Part shown: piece after piece, positions 1 through 14,506 of the stretch | Numbering within the stretch: position 1 is the first letter of the stretch | Layout: each line of letters starts with the position of its first letter | From: the human T2T-CHM13v2.0 reference genome, Homo sapiens | Assembly: GCF_009914755.1 (NCBI RefSeq) | Contig: NC_060934.1 | Length of the DNA stretch: 64,000 bases | Direction: 5' to 3' (one strand) | Program-made: the position numbers and the translations under genes | The notes under the pieces: generated by a model | Told to the model about the DNA's origin: nothing | Seen by the model: the letters and a program-made list of their open reading frames with translations, nothing else | Database searches by the model: none

Positions 1-860
1 ATTTGCTCTTCATTTGAAAATTGGAACAAAATAAAAAATTGATTATCCATTGAAATAAAATTAAAAGAGGGAGAAAGCACACTTATAAAATAAATGGGAC
101 CAGCAAAATAACTATTGGTACAAAATGTTATTAAACTAAAACATCTTAGCTCAAGTTTGTGAAAATATAATTGAAATCCATATGAAATAAATGCTTTCCT
201 TAGCAAATAAAATATCCTATATCTATCCACAGAAGATAATAAAATAGGCAAATAGAGCAATAGTGAAAAATTATTCAAGTGTTATCAAAAGACTACCAAG
301 ATGAAGGGCTTCCCCCTTCACTGGGCTTTCATTCTTCTTCTTGCTGCCAATATGTGAAGAAGGATGTATTTGCTTCCCCTTCTGCCATAATTGTAAGTTT
401 ACTGAGGCCTCCCGAGCCCTGCAGAACTGTGATCAATTAAAACTCTTTCCTTTATAAATTACCCAGTCTTGGGTATTTCTTCACAGTAGCATGAAAATGA
501 ACTAATACAATCATCAACAACAGGCAATGTAAGACTTTCAATCTGGAGAGACGGGAAACACATTAATATCTTAGTAAAAAGTAAGTGGTATCAATAAATG
601 TAAAGAAAACTTCATCTAAGCACATTATAATTAAATGACTAAAACCAAAATAAAAACAGAATACTTTAAAATCAGCTAGGGGTAAAAAGACACCTCAGAT
701 ATAGGTGAATGGCAATATGAATGACAGCCAACTTTTCCACAGAAACAATGCAGACCAGAAGACAAGAGAATGACATTTTTAATGCGCAACAAAAAAAGTG
801 AATCCAGAATTCTACATTCAGTGAAATTATTTGTCAAAATTAAGGGTGAAGCAATAGCCT
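1..860 (+). mobile_element. Old L1M fragments (ORF1-like segment at ~540-860), interrupted by an LTR fragment
   Basis: A-rich sequence containing atgacagccaacttttccacagaaacaatgcagaccagaagac...ccagaattctac, a degenerate L1 ORF1 'TADFS.ETM.ARR' region. Confidence 0.55.
301..509 (+). mobile_element. THE1/MST MaLR LTR, 3' part
   Basis: tgtaagttt.ctgaggcctccc...aattacccagtcttgggtatttct...actaataca LTR terminus. Confidence 0.85.
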
Positions 861-968
861 CACTGACCTTTCTGAATTATGTGGTATAAACCATACATGA
901 TTTTGAAAGTCTCATGTCATAATCAACTGATCAGATCAATGCTGCCAGAAGATTCTTCTTCTGGGTGT

Positions 969-1019
969 ATGTACCCTAAAACTTAAAGTATAATAATAAT
1001 AAAATTAAAAAAAGAAAAA
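969..1019 (+). mobile_element. Micro L1PA 3'-end (26 nt plus A tail)
   Basis: atgtaccctaaaacttaaagtataat followed by an A-rich tail. Confidence 0.75.
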
Positions 1020-1099
1020 TACACTTACATTTTAAATTAAGCAAAGCTGAGAAACAATAACATTTTCCTCTTCTGTCAGCCAATGTACTGGATATCCTC

Positions 1100-1570
1100 T
1101 TTTTCTCCATATGTCTCCATCATTTCCCACCCTCTTTCTGCCCTGGGATGCTGATGTTTATGGATGGCATTGACAGCCTCACTTGCCTTCCAGCTTCTAC
1201 CTGGGTGCAACCACTGGAAGGTACCAGTAGGAGAGTGGGGAGTGAAAGGAGAGAGAATGGCTCTTTATTGCCCTAGTTGCCTCTCAGCTGTGCTAAAGAC
1301 TGTCCATGGCTGTATTCCTCCCCAAAGGCCAGGCTTCTTGCTACAGCCATATCCTTTAGCTACAAGCCTCATTCTGAGTTCTAGTGACCATCCCTGGCTC
1401 CCTCAGAGATGGTAGGGATATTGACTCCCTGCTATTGCTAGCTGCAAGAGGCTTCACCATCCTTTGCAGTTTTCTCTGAACACTGTCCACACCTTTGTCA
1501 AAAGCGTTTATTTATCTCCAGTTATCCTTTTGACTGCATCATTTGTTTCACATAAAAATCTGGACTGACA
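1100..1570 (+). mobile_element. ERVL-class LTR (LTR33-like)
   Basis: tgctgatgtttatggat...cttgccttccagcttct...ggagagagaatggctctttattgccc resembles the LTR33 consensus. Confidence 0.55.
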
Positions 1571-2089
1571 GTCAGAGTACTTCTATGTATGCAACAGGAA
1601 GAAAAACTGGCAATTTAAAGCAAAGGAGGAAGTATTAAAGCTCCCACAACCTGTGAGAGCTGGAAAGCCAGGAACACTGGCTAAGCAGCAAGAACAAAGC
1701 CAACTATGGTGCTGAAAAATTCGTCCCTGAAAACTCTTGTGCTATTACTAAGTACAGACACACCAGCTTGTACTGCTGACACCATCAATGCCAGACCTGG
1801 ACACTGCCAACCACATACTTGAACCTAAGGAAAAGAGGTTACAGATGCTGGCAATCATCTGTAAGATTGACTATTTTGGCTACCCACATAGCCTTCTTCC
1901 CAACTTCTACTTACTAAAAGAAACATAAAGAAAGACAGCTCTTATCTAACTTAATGTTCCTTACAAAACCCTCTTACCCTCTTATCAAAAAATCTCAGCC
2001 CAGAAACTTATCAATTACTGCCTCCAATTCTGAGATGAGAGTCTGCATGATGCTTATTCTTTTTCTTATTCTACGATGATTTTTTTGGT

Positions 2090-2580
2090 CTAGGAAGATG
2101 AGAACAAGATGGGATTAAATGAGCAATGATTTCATGCATACTAAAACATCCAAGGATTAAATATGCAAGGGGTTACCCAGGAAACCCTTGTAAAAGAAAA
2201 TGAGGTGGATGCTGGGTGAGGCTTGGAAAGGTGCCAGAGTGTGGTAGAGGTCTCCCACCCACCCCCACAAGGAAGTAAAGTGGGAAGGAAAGTTGAGTGG
2301 AATCATCCTAAACTCCTGGGTAGTCTGGGGAATGTGTAGTCTAGGCAAGGCCATGGAAGAGCTCTGAGCTGAAGCTCTGCATTAAATGAGAGCCACATCT
2401 CCTAGGAAAAAGCCTGTGTTAGCATCACTGCTATACCTGATCATTGGCTAGAAGCAGTCCGTGGAAAACACTGCCCCAGCAGAAACGCAGTTTTGGACTT
2501 CAGAGCACAACAGCTGGGAACTTGGTCAATTACACTCCCTGTGGTTGAGAATCTGTGGGGGGTATTCTTACAACCACTAC
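2090..2580. mobile_element. ERVL-class LTR (LTR16-like), with probable ERVL-internal remnants to ~3900
   Basis: Degenerate LTR16-like motifs, recognised by resemblance only. Confidence 0.4.
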
Positions 2581-3174
2581 AATGACCCTGTCTTAATGTC
2601 CTATAACCAAAGGACTACACTCATAAGTTAACCTTCGATATACCACCATATATCAAATGATGGGGCAAAGAAGAATGCAGAGGAAAATGAGTTTAAAGAG
2701 ATAATTCTATAGGTGAATAGATATATGTGCATAGAATATATATGCATGCATGTATATACATGGCAAAAATAAGGTAGATGTTACAGTTTTTGTTTCTGTA
2801 ACTGGCCCAAAGGCATAATTAGTACTTAAAATAACGTCTCTACTATTCACACCACATTCAAACTGCGCTCAGCAAGTACTACTGGAAGTTTTCCTGAGAG
2901 ATGTTAGCTTCTAATGTTTCTGCATATATGGGGTTACCTGCAGTCTTCCATTAAAATATATCCATGAGGAAAGCAGTACTAATGTCTAAAGGGATCCTCT
3001 AAGACTCCATATTCTTTCTTGCTCCCATTGTACAACAGCATCCCTTAAATCCCTTGCCAGTGGGAATCGACCATCCCAGGGGGCAATGTAACTCCCTCAC
3101 CATTTTGCCTTTTTTGCCAGGTTGGGAATACCTGGTCAGGTGGCAGTCTCAGCTTCATTTCAAAGGAATCATTG

Positions 3175-3177
<3 letters not shown>

Positions 3178-3239
<62 letters not shown>
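3178..3239 (+). repeat. (TG)31 microsatellite
   Basis: Perfect TG run. Confidence 0.98.
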
Positions 3240-3240
<1 letters not shown>

Positions 3241-3519
3241 TGGAAGAGTTCTCTCCTGACTATGGATATGTTTTAAGTTAAAACACAGGAATAATTTAAA
3301 ACATTATTGTAAATATATCTTTATTTAGAATAGTGACAACTGCATGCTCTCTTCTATCCCTTATATTATGCTAATGAAAGAACTACTTTGCATCTTTCAC
3401 TGTGATTTTCTGGTTAGAAGCGACATAGTATTGGATGCTATAATGATGAGTAAGACATCCTGTAATTGTATGGATGATAATGTTGACAGAAACACAGCAG
3501 GCAGAAAAGGGATAACCAA

Positions 3520-3695
3520 TTTCATTTTATTTCATTTTTAGTTTTTGAGATGGAATCTTGCTCTATTGCCCAGGCTGGAGGGCAGTGCCACAAACACGGG
3601 ACCATGGCTGACCGTGAACTCCTGGGTTCAAGCGAGCCTCCTGCCTCACCCTCCCAAAGTGCTAGAACTATAGGCATGAGCCACTGTTCCTGACC
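3520..3695 (-). mobile_element. Alu monomer (FRAM/FLAM-like)
   Basis: T-tail, tttgagatggaatcttgctctattgcccaggctgga...cccaaagtgct...gagccactg; single arm only. Confidence 0.8.
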
Positions 3696-4214
3696 ACCAG
3701 TTTTAAAAACAAGTTATTTTTGGTGAAGACAAATCAGACACCTCTCCAAGATGGAAGGGGCCCAATGTAATCACCCTTTCCCCTTTGGCTAATGGATATA
3801 GTACCAGTTTGGTGACTTGGCGTTGATTGCTGCTACTGCAAAAATCAGGTATTTAACAGCAGCATTAGCTGGGGCCATCAAAAACACTGAAGGCATTGCT
3901 TTGTCTAGCTCTATGCCAGAGAACCATAAAGTGACTAGGCTCTTCAGGATAACAAGAAGTAGTAGTGGTTCAAGACCTTAAGTTCCCTCTGATTCTTATG
4001 GGATGAAGGCAAGTTCAGGTTTCGAGGATGAAGTACTGAAAAAGCTATTTCATAAATGAAAAAAAAAGAAAGAAATTCAACATGGAGAGTAGGAAAACAC
4101 TGACCTTCCTCAGAAGTAATCCACATAGAAGTATATTTCTTATACATTTAAAAAATGATTGCAGATTAATCAGGGGTACCCTAGAGTTGCAGTTAAATAT
4201 TTTGTTGATGGACA

Positions 4215-4420
4215 TTCATTTTAAAATTCTGGCTCTGTTATCAGATATCTGATCTTGGTAATTAGCTTTTCCAAATCTCAGTTTTCTTATTAGTAAACAG
4301 GTATCCTTATTAGTAAACGCAATTCCTGCCTTATAATATTGTTATGAGACACTTGAGAGAGTTTCTATAGAGTACTTAGCACAGATCATGTTACATTCTA
4401 AGGGTTCAAAAATGGTGACA
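4215..4420 (+). mobile_element. MIR
   Basis: tctcagttttcttattagtaaa core...gtacttagcacag. Confidence 0.55.
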
Positions 4421-5635
4421 ATCTTTTTTTAAGGAATCATAATTTTTTAACTAAAACTAAAGTTTTCATAACTTAAATTAAAAAATATCAGCGAAGGCAG
4501 ATAGTTTATGTATAGTACAGAAGAAAAAGCCCCTAAAGACCGTATTCTCTACTTTCAAAGGTGAAAGAAAGTCTGTCTATTTTCTGTTAGTTTTCGGCCT
4601 CCAGAGATGTATATTCCTTCATTGGGAAGACCCGTTCACCAGGCTTTTCTATAGTTAGGATAAATTTTCACTAAGTAAATCAATCAGATTTTCTGTATTT
4701 CACACACTATTCTACAGGTCCACAAACTTTCATTTGAAATCCCAATAGTTATCAAACCAAACTCCTCCTGCCTTTTTCTATCTCTTTCTTCCTTCTTTCT
4801 CTTTCTTCCTTTCTCCTTCCTTCCTTCCTTTGTAATTTTTGTAAGAAATTCATTTGGTGGCAAAAACCTGAACTGTAGTAAGGTAAGACTATTTTTAGTC
4901 ATTATTTCCCTCCAACTTCCACCCCTGCTACAGAGCGCAGTGGGGGTGGTAGGCAAACTCCATGAAATATACTACATCACCATTTGGAAATCCAAACAAT
5001 TCTGAATTCTTAAATGTATCTTGTATCAAGGGATTAATAGACCTAAAATTACAAACTAGTTTTTCAGATATTTCTGACATTACCATGGAGTATACTGACA
5101 AGTAAATAAGAGAATTTTAGACATAGGAAAAGTTAAAGTGTGATTTAAATTGAGTCAGTCTTCTCGATCAGCTGAGACATTTCCATTTCTGGTCCTGCCA
5201 AACTGAGGGCCTTCAGTTTAGGCCATGCCTCACTCAAGTAGTTTCCACATAGATTACTTCTACTTGAGTAGCAATTCTACTCCACCATGAGTCTTTATGT
5301 TCAATCTTCACCACCAAGGCATGCTTCTGGGGGTTCTCCTCTCCCCTCTCAAAAGCAAGGTGTTACTAGCAGTACAGGTGACTTTGGCAGCACCTGACCC
5401 AGTGATGCTCCATATGAGATGCTACTACTGATAGCCTAGCATTTTACCTGCAACAAAGTTAGCTTTCTGTGTTGGCTTTCTTCTTTTCTCCTTGACTTAG
5501 GAAGACCGACTACTTTCCTAAGTATGACTACTAAAATTCCAAAATGTAACATTGTAAACTTAAATCTTCAGATTGGTCATCAGGTGACATTTAAAACACA
5601 CCATGTGTACTCACATATCCTTTAGCCAAAAATGA

Positions 5636-5951
<316 letters not shown>

Positions 5952-8699
5952 AAAAAAATGAAGTTTTAATAGTTCCTTCCAAGTGTTTGGGTTATGACTG
6001 GAAGAACAAAGCAATAACTGTAGTAATGAAAGCAGCGGTGGTGCTAGTGGTAGTAACAACAATAGTAATCATAGTTAATTACACCCCCCACCACCATCTC
6101 CACAAGTTATTACATTTTCAGTGCCTACCTATGTGCCAAGTATCGTGCAAGGTGCTTCACAGATATTATCTCTGACCCTGTTATCTAAAGAATATCACGC
6201 CTATTTTACTTCTGGGTAATGACATTGGAAGAGTATATGGTATGTCAATTTCCAAAGTTCATGTGGCCATTAGATGATGAAACCATGTTTTAAACACAAG
6301 TGTATTAGAATGAGCTGATAATCATCCTGACATTTTATTTTGCTTATTGAATTCTGTTCTGGCTTGTCTTATGTGACTTTGCCCTTTGTTATGTGCCTTT
6401 GTAAGTTATTTTAATACTTTCCTGACCACGGGTCCCCACCCGTAGAGTAAGCCTCTCAGCACTTCTGGTTTCTTTCATCACCTTCTTATCTACTGAGCTG
6501 CTGAGCAAAGGGTTCCGAACACAGCAGCTGGTAAATAAATATTTGTTAACTAATTTTCCCTTTTTTATTCATGTAAAATATTTCCCACAGTGTTCACTAC
6601 TCCACCAATTATCTTGTTCCAAATCTCAAAGTCACTCCATAAATTAAAGCTTAACATGGGGCTGACACAATCTACAAAAGCTTTGCTCATTTTCCCAACT
6701 ATAAATGGTAAAAAGCATCAGTGAAGTTCTTAAAGAAAAATAAGAAACAAAAAATAAAAAAAACAAAGGAAAAGATTGGCGGCTAAGTAGTTAAATACAA
6801 AACTCAAAGCTTGCAGTAGTCTAGTTAAAGAATAGAGGAGGAAGAAAAGAAAACAAATAAGAGATTTGTAAATTAAAATATGCAGTGAGGCATTAGAACA
6901 TTTTGACATTTCTCAAAGTGAAAACCCTGTTGGTCTATTACATTAAAGGAAGAGGGTAAATATGCCTTTTCTTCATTTCTAGTTTTTAGTTAATACTGAG
7001 GAATGAAATTATATTTGCTGAAGAACTTGGAGACGGTTGCCAATATTTTCACTTCAATTTTTTTTTTAAAAGCCTCTTCAAAAAGAAAATATTTTACCCC
7101 TGCCAAGGCTCTTTGTAGAGAACTGTAGCCTTTAAAAATAAAGTTCAACAGATGCTTTTAAAGTTTGAAATTAATTTTTAAAGTAATGTGACTTTTAGTG
7201 GTTTGTTGATTGATATTTTCTACTCAGGATGAGTGATTAGGAGAAGAATTCACAGGACGAATAACAAACGATACTCTGGAACAGCCAACTTCGATCAAAA
7301 AGGAATATGAGAGAGAAAAAAATCTGCTTTGGCCTATCTGGTTCCAGGTAGCTGGGGCATGGAAATCAGACTCGGGGCTGGCAGTTGGCCCATGCATCCC
7401 AATCTCTTCATAACTTAAGGCCACCTACTTAATAAGTCCTATTCCTCTCCTGTCACCACTCAATTCACTTGCAATCAATACTGAGTAAGTTAAAGGATCC
7501 CTGTAAATCATACTTGGAAAGTAAAAGAGCTGTGAGGTTTTTTTGGTTTTTTTTCTCTTAATCTAAGCAAGCCACATCCAATGGAAATAAAGAATTCTTC
7601 CATATTAAATTTTAGGTCTTTATTTGAACAACTACAACGAAAAAAACATTGCTCATTAACACTATTACTTAGCCTCTTTCAATGGAGAAGTAGCCAATGA
7701 TAATAATAAAGCCAAACGCTATTTCATTGAAGTTAGAAAAAAGTTTAACTCTTTGTATGTACAAACCTCTGTAAATTGACTAAAAGTTAGAATGGACCAT
7801 TTGAAAACATTATGAAAATGGAGAGCTATGGTTAGATGTGATGACACACACATATCTGTGAACAGTTAATAGAATAAGACTTGCAAATTTAATAGAATAA
7901 GAATGAAATACAGAAATATAAAGAGGTTTACTAAGAAGCAACAGATCATGAACAAACACATGACTGACAGCTTCTCAGTGCATCTTTAATCTTGAGTGCA
8001 GCCTTGAAGTGGTTTACAAAACAGAACTCAAGAGAGGCAGCATTGCACAATGCCTTGCCCAGAGAATATACCCAGTATTTGTTTTTTGAATGCTATAAGC
8101 AATCCATTTAACTGGGTTGGCTTATTCCTTTCTCTTCTACCACCTTCCTCTAGGGAAAAAAGGAGAGCTGATTTAAGCTCTTAGGCTTTATTTTGGTTAT
8201 GCCACTTCCCCGACTGCTTTAGTGACCTTCGGTAACTCAACTTTTATAGCCTTGGGCATCATTGACAAACCAAGTATGTACAACTAGATAATATCCAGGC
8301 TCTTAGACAAGTGCATTAGTCATGCTTAATCTTCAACAATACATGTGGGGTGAGAAGATTAAGGCTCAGAGTTGTAAGGTATGTGAATATGTTTTTGACT
8401 CTTGAGACTATACAAATATTTTAGGAAAGCACTTTATAGTTGACAAAGACCCAAAGACAGGAGAATATATCATCACTTTCCTTTAGTCTGCATTTTCCTT
8501 TCCAAACTACAAAGTGCAACAATGGATGGGCCTTAACCATAGCCAGATAAACACATTCTACCCACTGTAGATTCTAGTCAGTATGCAAGCCCATGGGAAT
8601 GTATGAGGATATTGTAGTAAGCAGAGTCTCAAGACAGTCACAATTCTCAGTGTAAATATGACACCATGGTGATAGGCTCATGGCCCACTTAGAATGGTG

Positions 8700-8885
8700 G
8701 CAGTGACACAGTGCAGAGCTGTAAATCTAGAGACCTAGGCTCTTATCCCAGCTCTGTCATGAATTTGAGGTATGGCCTCAAACAAGATCCTCCATTTCTT
8801 CTGGTTTCCAGAATTATCTGCTCTCCTTTCAACCTTGTACATCACTTGTAAGGATCAAATAAGCAAATGTGCACAAAAAACACTT
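8700..8885 (+). mobile_element. MIR
   Basis: agacctaggctcttatcccagctctgtca...gtaaggatcaaataag. Confidence 0.55.
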
Positions 8886-8969
8886 TTAAAGATTAAAATC
8901 CTCTGCAGGTGCCAGACTATCTGAACCCATATGAAGCTTGTCAAAAGAAATGGATGATGTACTTAAGAC

Positions 8970-9179
8970 CAGTGGTTCACCAAAGTGGTGATTTCCCCCT
9001 CCCTCTCCCTGGTAGACATTTTTGGCTGTCAAAACTTGAAGGGTGGAGGTGTTGCCTGCTACTGGCATCTAGTTAGTAGAGAAAAGGGATGCTAAACATC
9101 CTATAATGCACAGAACAGCCCCCACAACAAAGAATGATCCAGTTCAAAATGTCAGGAGTGATGATGTTGAGAAACCTTG
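8970..9179 (+). mobile_element. MER20 (hAT/Charlie non-autonomous DNA transposon)
   Basis: cagtggtt...tactggcatctagttagtagag...cccccacaacaaagaat...gagaaaccttg; degenerate 8-bp TSD cttaagac/atttagac. Confidence 0.85.
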
Positions 9180-10291
9180 ATTTAGACAAAGGTCCAAACT
9201 GGCTGGAAAGAAAAATAAAACTTTTCTAACCAGGCTTATCTCATCCTCTCCTACTCTCTTGCTTCTTTCTAAGGTAAAGAAGAAAATTGTGTCAACATTT
9301 CAGATGCTGACATACTCAGACTCAGAAAAACTCCAGTCTTTTAGGTGCCCAAAATAAATTCACGGCATGTTTAGTTCAACCCAGATAAATCTTTCCTAAT
9401 GAGCTAGGGAGTTAGGAAAAACACCTTTCCCCAGAAGCTACAGTCATCTAACCTCTAATTCCTAAGCTTTTATAGCAAACAGAGTATCTCTCCAGTCTTT
9501 TGGACTACATGATTTATTTGCTCATTTGGTTGACTATCCACAGGCCCAGGTTCAGGGCATTTCTCATTTCAGTTGAAAGTATATAAAGAGCATTGCTCAA
9601 ACTACCTATAGTGCTGACTGTCTACTTCCATCCCAGACCCACTGAGTGGGGGAGATGAGAAGCAATAAGGAGCTTTGTAGGGAAAAGCCGGAGAACAGTG
9701 AGGGCTGGGGGATGGTTAATTAGTCTGTTGTGATGTGCTCTCTCCAGCTGAGTCCCAGCACCACAACAATCCATTATTTTCAGAGTTGCCAATTAATTCA
9801 GCTGAATTTCTGACTCGAGGTGCCTCTCCAGTATAGAGCAATTAGCTGACACCCTTTGCTCCTGCAAGGGAATGAATACGCTCTATGAGGGGTATCAGAC
9901 TCTGTATATCACACAACAGGAGCCTCAGTCTCCTTGCCTGCCCTCTGTCAGATCCAGCACTGAGCTAAAAAAAAGAAAAGAAAAAAAAAAGTAAGTCTCT
10001 CCCATGTAAAGATGGAAAGCGGGGAGGAAAGGAAGAGAGAGATGTGAGAATGTAGGAGACAATTCCTGTTCCTGAGAGAGATTTCCATTTTCTACTGCCC
10101 ATAGAACAAAATGGAGTTTTCTAGTCAATTAATGTCTTGCATAGATCTGAGAAGTTGAAGATACCGAGTAGAACAAGTTCTGGAAGAACTGTGATCTAAG
10201 GTTGAAAGAAGTATCAGAGCCTCTTCCTGGAAATGTAAGGCACAAAGTGAGAACAAGTCCAGCAGAAAGTTGGTCTTATACAATTACATTG

Positions 10292-10640
10292 GAGTAGTTC
10301 TCAAAGCTTGCTGGATGTTTGAATTGTCCAAGGAGCTCTTGAAAACAATAATGCCGAGAACCAGCCATAGTGATCCTAATTTAATTGGCCTAGGATGAGG
10401 CCAAATCATCTGCTTTATAAATACTCCTCAGGTGAGTCTCATGTGCAACTGGACTTGAGAATCACTGGAACAGTGTGGGCCACAGACCAGGAGCATGAGC
10501 ATCACCTGGGAACCTCTTAGAAAATATTGGACTGTGCTTCAAATAGGCTGGATCAGAATCTCTAGGGGTTGGGCCCAGCAATCTGTGTTTCACCAAACCC
10601 ATCAGGTTATTCTGGTGCACACTAAGGTTTGAGAATCATG
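10292..10640. mobile_element. Two adjacent MER5-family (hAT) elements
   Basis: agtagttctcaaa...ttgagaatcactg followed by gcatcacctgggaac...gggcccagcaatctgtgttt...tttgagaatc. Confidence 0.75.
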
Positions 10641-11011
10641 ACACTAAAACAATGAGTTGCTTTATTTCTTTGCCTCTCTTTATCCTAGTATTAAGAAGTA
10701 TTAATACTGGTGGAGTCCTATTCCTAAGTGTGTGTGTTTTCCCAAGTTCCCTTGGGTTGAATCCTTTGCTGTAATCTCTCCAACTGGGATCATGTACACT
10801 GTACCCATATGTTAATCCTGGCCTTATCTTTGAGCCAATCTCATCTCTACATCTTGATGAAAAATGAATAAAATGATAATGGATAGTGACTAAATATTAG
10901 TTGCAAGTACTCATCACTTTCATTGACAAGGCCATCAAAACCAGACACAGAAGTTTCATCCAACTGCATCCATCACCTTTCCTGATGGGAACTTCTTGTT
11001 TTTCTCTTTTC

Positions 11012-11013
<2 letters not shown>

Positions 11014-11061
<48 letters not shown>
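11014..11061 (+). repeat. (TG)24 microsatellite
   Basis: Perfect TG run. Confidence 0.98.
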
Positions 11062-11062
<1 letters not shown>

Positions 11063-12229
11063 TGGGAACCTCTTTGACAGGGAGTTACTTGGTTACTTGA
11101 AAGGAGACACAACTCTTACTGCTAGAAAGCTGATTATTTAGTTATCTGCTGAGGGTCAGCGTCTCTCTCTTATGTGGAGGGGCCTGGAATTTATAGCTAT
11201 TCTACTATTCTTGATTCACAGAAAAAAAAATAAGAATGACATATCATTGCTAACAACATGGGCTATGGCTGACTGGAAGGGAAACAGTATGATATCTGGA
11301 AGTTGAGGGAAACTTCCTCAGAAGTGTAACAGCATATAATAAAAACTGAACAAAAGTTTCACCTTGTCTACACAATGAGGATTATTAAAATAATGCCAGA
11401 GGCTATTGGTGCTGGACATAAACTTGAGACTCAGCAGGGAAGCTTCCACTGCAGGACTACAGCAAATGACTTGCTTGCTGTTGGCTAGGGGTCAGTGAGG
11501 TGGTGATATGAGGGCAGTTCTGGGCTCTAGATTTTAGAAGGAAAAGGGAGGGAGAAAACCACAGTGCTTGGCACTGGTTAAGTAACGAGAGATGTACTGA
11601 TTAAGAATGGAAGATATAAACCTTCAGGGTCAGTGACTGCCTCCCAGCAAGGGTCCAAATTATTGCCATGTGTAGTAGAGCCAGTGCATCTGTGAACCAA
11701 CCGTTCCTTGGGGAAGCAAAGAGAGAACACATTGTATGTGTGTTACTGTGCACCTGCTGCCAGATTGCTGAAGTCTGGTTTCTGACAACAGATTAAATAA
11801 AAATTAAGTTAAAACAAAACAATATATGAGTTTGCTATCTGGCATTAAACTTTTATGAAAACAGATGGGTGAGCATAATCTCTCAGAGGAACTCGTCTGA
11901 CTGAGGTACTTTTTTCAGGCTGCAGGTGTAGACATTTCAAGAGCCCCTTGGGTCTCCTTTTGAAGAACAGAAACTAAAGCAAAAATCTAACACAGAATTG
12001 CACAATACACATTTTTGTTTTGTATTGGATATTTGAGAGTGTTCTAATGATGAGAGAAAATACATAGTTCAGTATTACATAGAATATGAGGATCTGCATC
12101 TATTTGACGCATTGATTCTTCTAATCAATCAATAGAGGTTTTTACTGTCCTTTTAACTTTCTTATGCAGTTCAAGGCTTAGTAGTCCCTAATTTGTAAGG
12201 GAACATCAGTAGAGAACACGAATTCCAGT

Positions 12230-12450
12230 GAATTAGGCATTGCTTTATGGATTATGGGCTCTGCAGCAGAAAAACATCTCTTTGAATCCTGTTTCTGTAG
12301 CTCATTAGCTTTTCTACCTTGGGCAATATTCAGACTTCTATTAGTCTCAGTTTCCTCATCTATGAAGTTAAATTGTTTTGAGAATTAAATAAGCTAATAC
12401 CTGTAAAAACAATCAGACCCATGCCTGTTAGAAACATATGTAAATGTTGA
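12230..12450 (+). mobile_element. MIR
   Basis: ccttgggcaa...tctcagtttcctcatctatgaa...gagaattaaataagctaata. Confidence 0.7.
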
Positions 12451-12939
12451 TAATGAAATTTGGAGGCTAATTTGGGGAGGATTAAATTAGACCTCTCAAG
12501 TCCTTAAGTGTCTACCCGGATTTAGGATGATAATCTATGTTATTTATACTAATATAAATAGGTATTTTCTAATAAGAGCACAATAATCACACTCTAAGAA
12601 TTGTATTTTCAGGGACTTAGATATGGTGCAGGTCCAGTCAAATTATCTGAAACTTAAACCTGTAAATTCAAATGCTGATCTAACATAATGTGGAATGTCT
12701 ACAGAGAATAATTTGCAGAGGAAAAAGACACAAGCTCACTTTTGGAGTAGCAGTTCTCCCTCTGTCTCACATATGTTACACTATTCACAGGGACCTATTT
12801 TTATTTTATCCTAATTTTCTTGTTGCTACTTTGGTCATGTGTTAACTCATACGTTTTTATGACCTGTGAAAAGGAAGCAGGTATTAACTACTCTACTAAA
12901 CTATACATCTTTAGTCACCCTGGCCTAAAGGCAACTGTT

Positions 12940-13600
12940 GATTTCAATTAATTCAGTTCAGATTTGTGTTCTTAAAAATGTGCAAATCACTAGGGTGTTA
13001 AAAAATGATAAGACTTGGTCCCTTGTCCTAAAGAAACTTATTTCCGAAGACAGGTAAACTTATTATACATGGCAGAATAAGATAAGAAATATATAGGAGC
13101 ATTATAATTACAGGAAAGATAAATGGCTTCAATCTGGTGAGTTGAAAAAATACAGAATGGAAGATAAGGAGTATTAAGCGGACTTTAAAGAAGAATGTAG
13201 ATTCTTCCAGGTGGAACAGGGGAGGAGTGTATAGTAAATTCTCACATAGGGCACACCAAAGGTATAAAAGTGGGAGAAAACAGTTATATTTTTATTAAAA
13301 ATTCCAGTTTGCTGGATATAGAGGTTATATTTCAGACCATCCAAATTGTGATTAGATTATGAAGAATAAGTTGAGCCGAACCGTGTTCATCCAAAGCCAG
13401 TGAGTGATAAGAGAACTTACTTAAAGATGTAAGTTGGAGAATGGTCAGAGCTTTACCTTAGGAAGATGAATACCGAAACTAGAGGTAAGATGTCTTAGTA
13501 GTTAAGTACATAATATTTCAGGCAAAAAGTAATGGAGGTCAAATCTAAAGGAGTAATACAGAAATACAGAAACATCAGGAAGAAAAATAAGCACAATGCT
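12940..13600 (-). mobile_element. L2 remnant
   Basis: Degenerate L2-type purine-rich sequence (ataagacttggtccctt...). Confidence 0.45.
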
Positions 13601-14268
13601 TTGGTGATTGAGAGAGGAGGATATAGAAAGAAGGAAATGAGTGAGAGAGAAGAAAAACCGTCCATGTTTTAGTCATGATCTTTTCTCCCCGACTCACTCT
13701 TGTGGTCAGGAAGTGGAGGTTATGTGAAGAAAGGAGATACATCTGATTTCTGCAATACATGCAAAAATCTGGGTACAAGCAGGGATGCTGAGCAAAACCT
13801 GGATGAATAGATGTAAAGTTCAGGGAAGAGTTGGCAGCATTATGGATTTAAATTGGGGTTTCTCAATAGACAGAGGACAGCTGAAGCCAGAATAATCACC
13901 AAAGGACAGCACGCAGACCTCATCTCTTAAAAAGATTGCAGGATGAGCGCTCAAAATAAAAATCAGGTGAATACTATTCAGTGGTAAAGGATGAGAGAAG
14001 ACATTAAAGTAACAGAAAATACATGTAAAAATAATGACACTATAATAGTGCTGCAAATCAAGAAAAGCAGCCAGCAGAAGAACATTTCTTTTCAGTAAAT
14101 ATTGCAAGACAGAGAGCAGTCTAAGTCAGATTCAAGGTATAATAAAAGGTAAAATAAAGGAGGGGAAAGTCACGCACACCTGGTGAGATGCTCAAACTTT
14201 GTCAGCTAACATAAAGGACAGGAGTTGCTTTGGGCAATGCTCAGGATAACTGATTGTGAACTGCTTTT

Positions 14269-14506
<238 letters not shown>

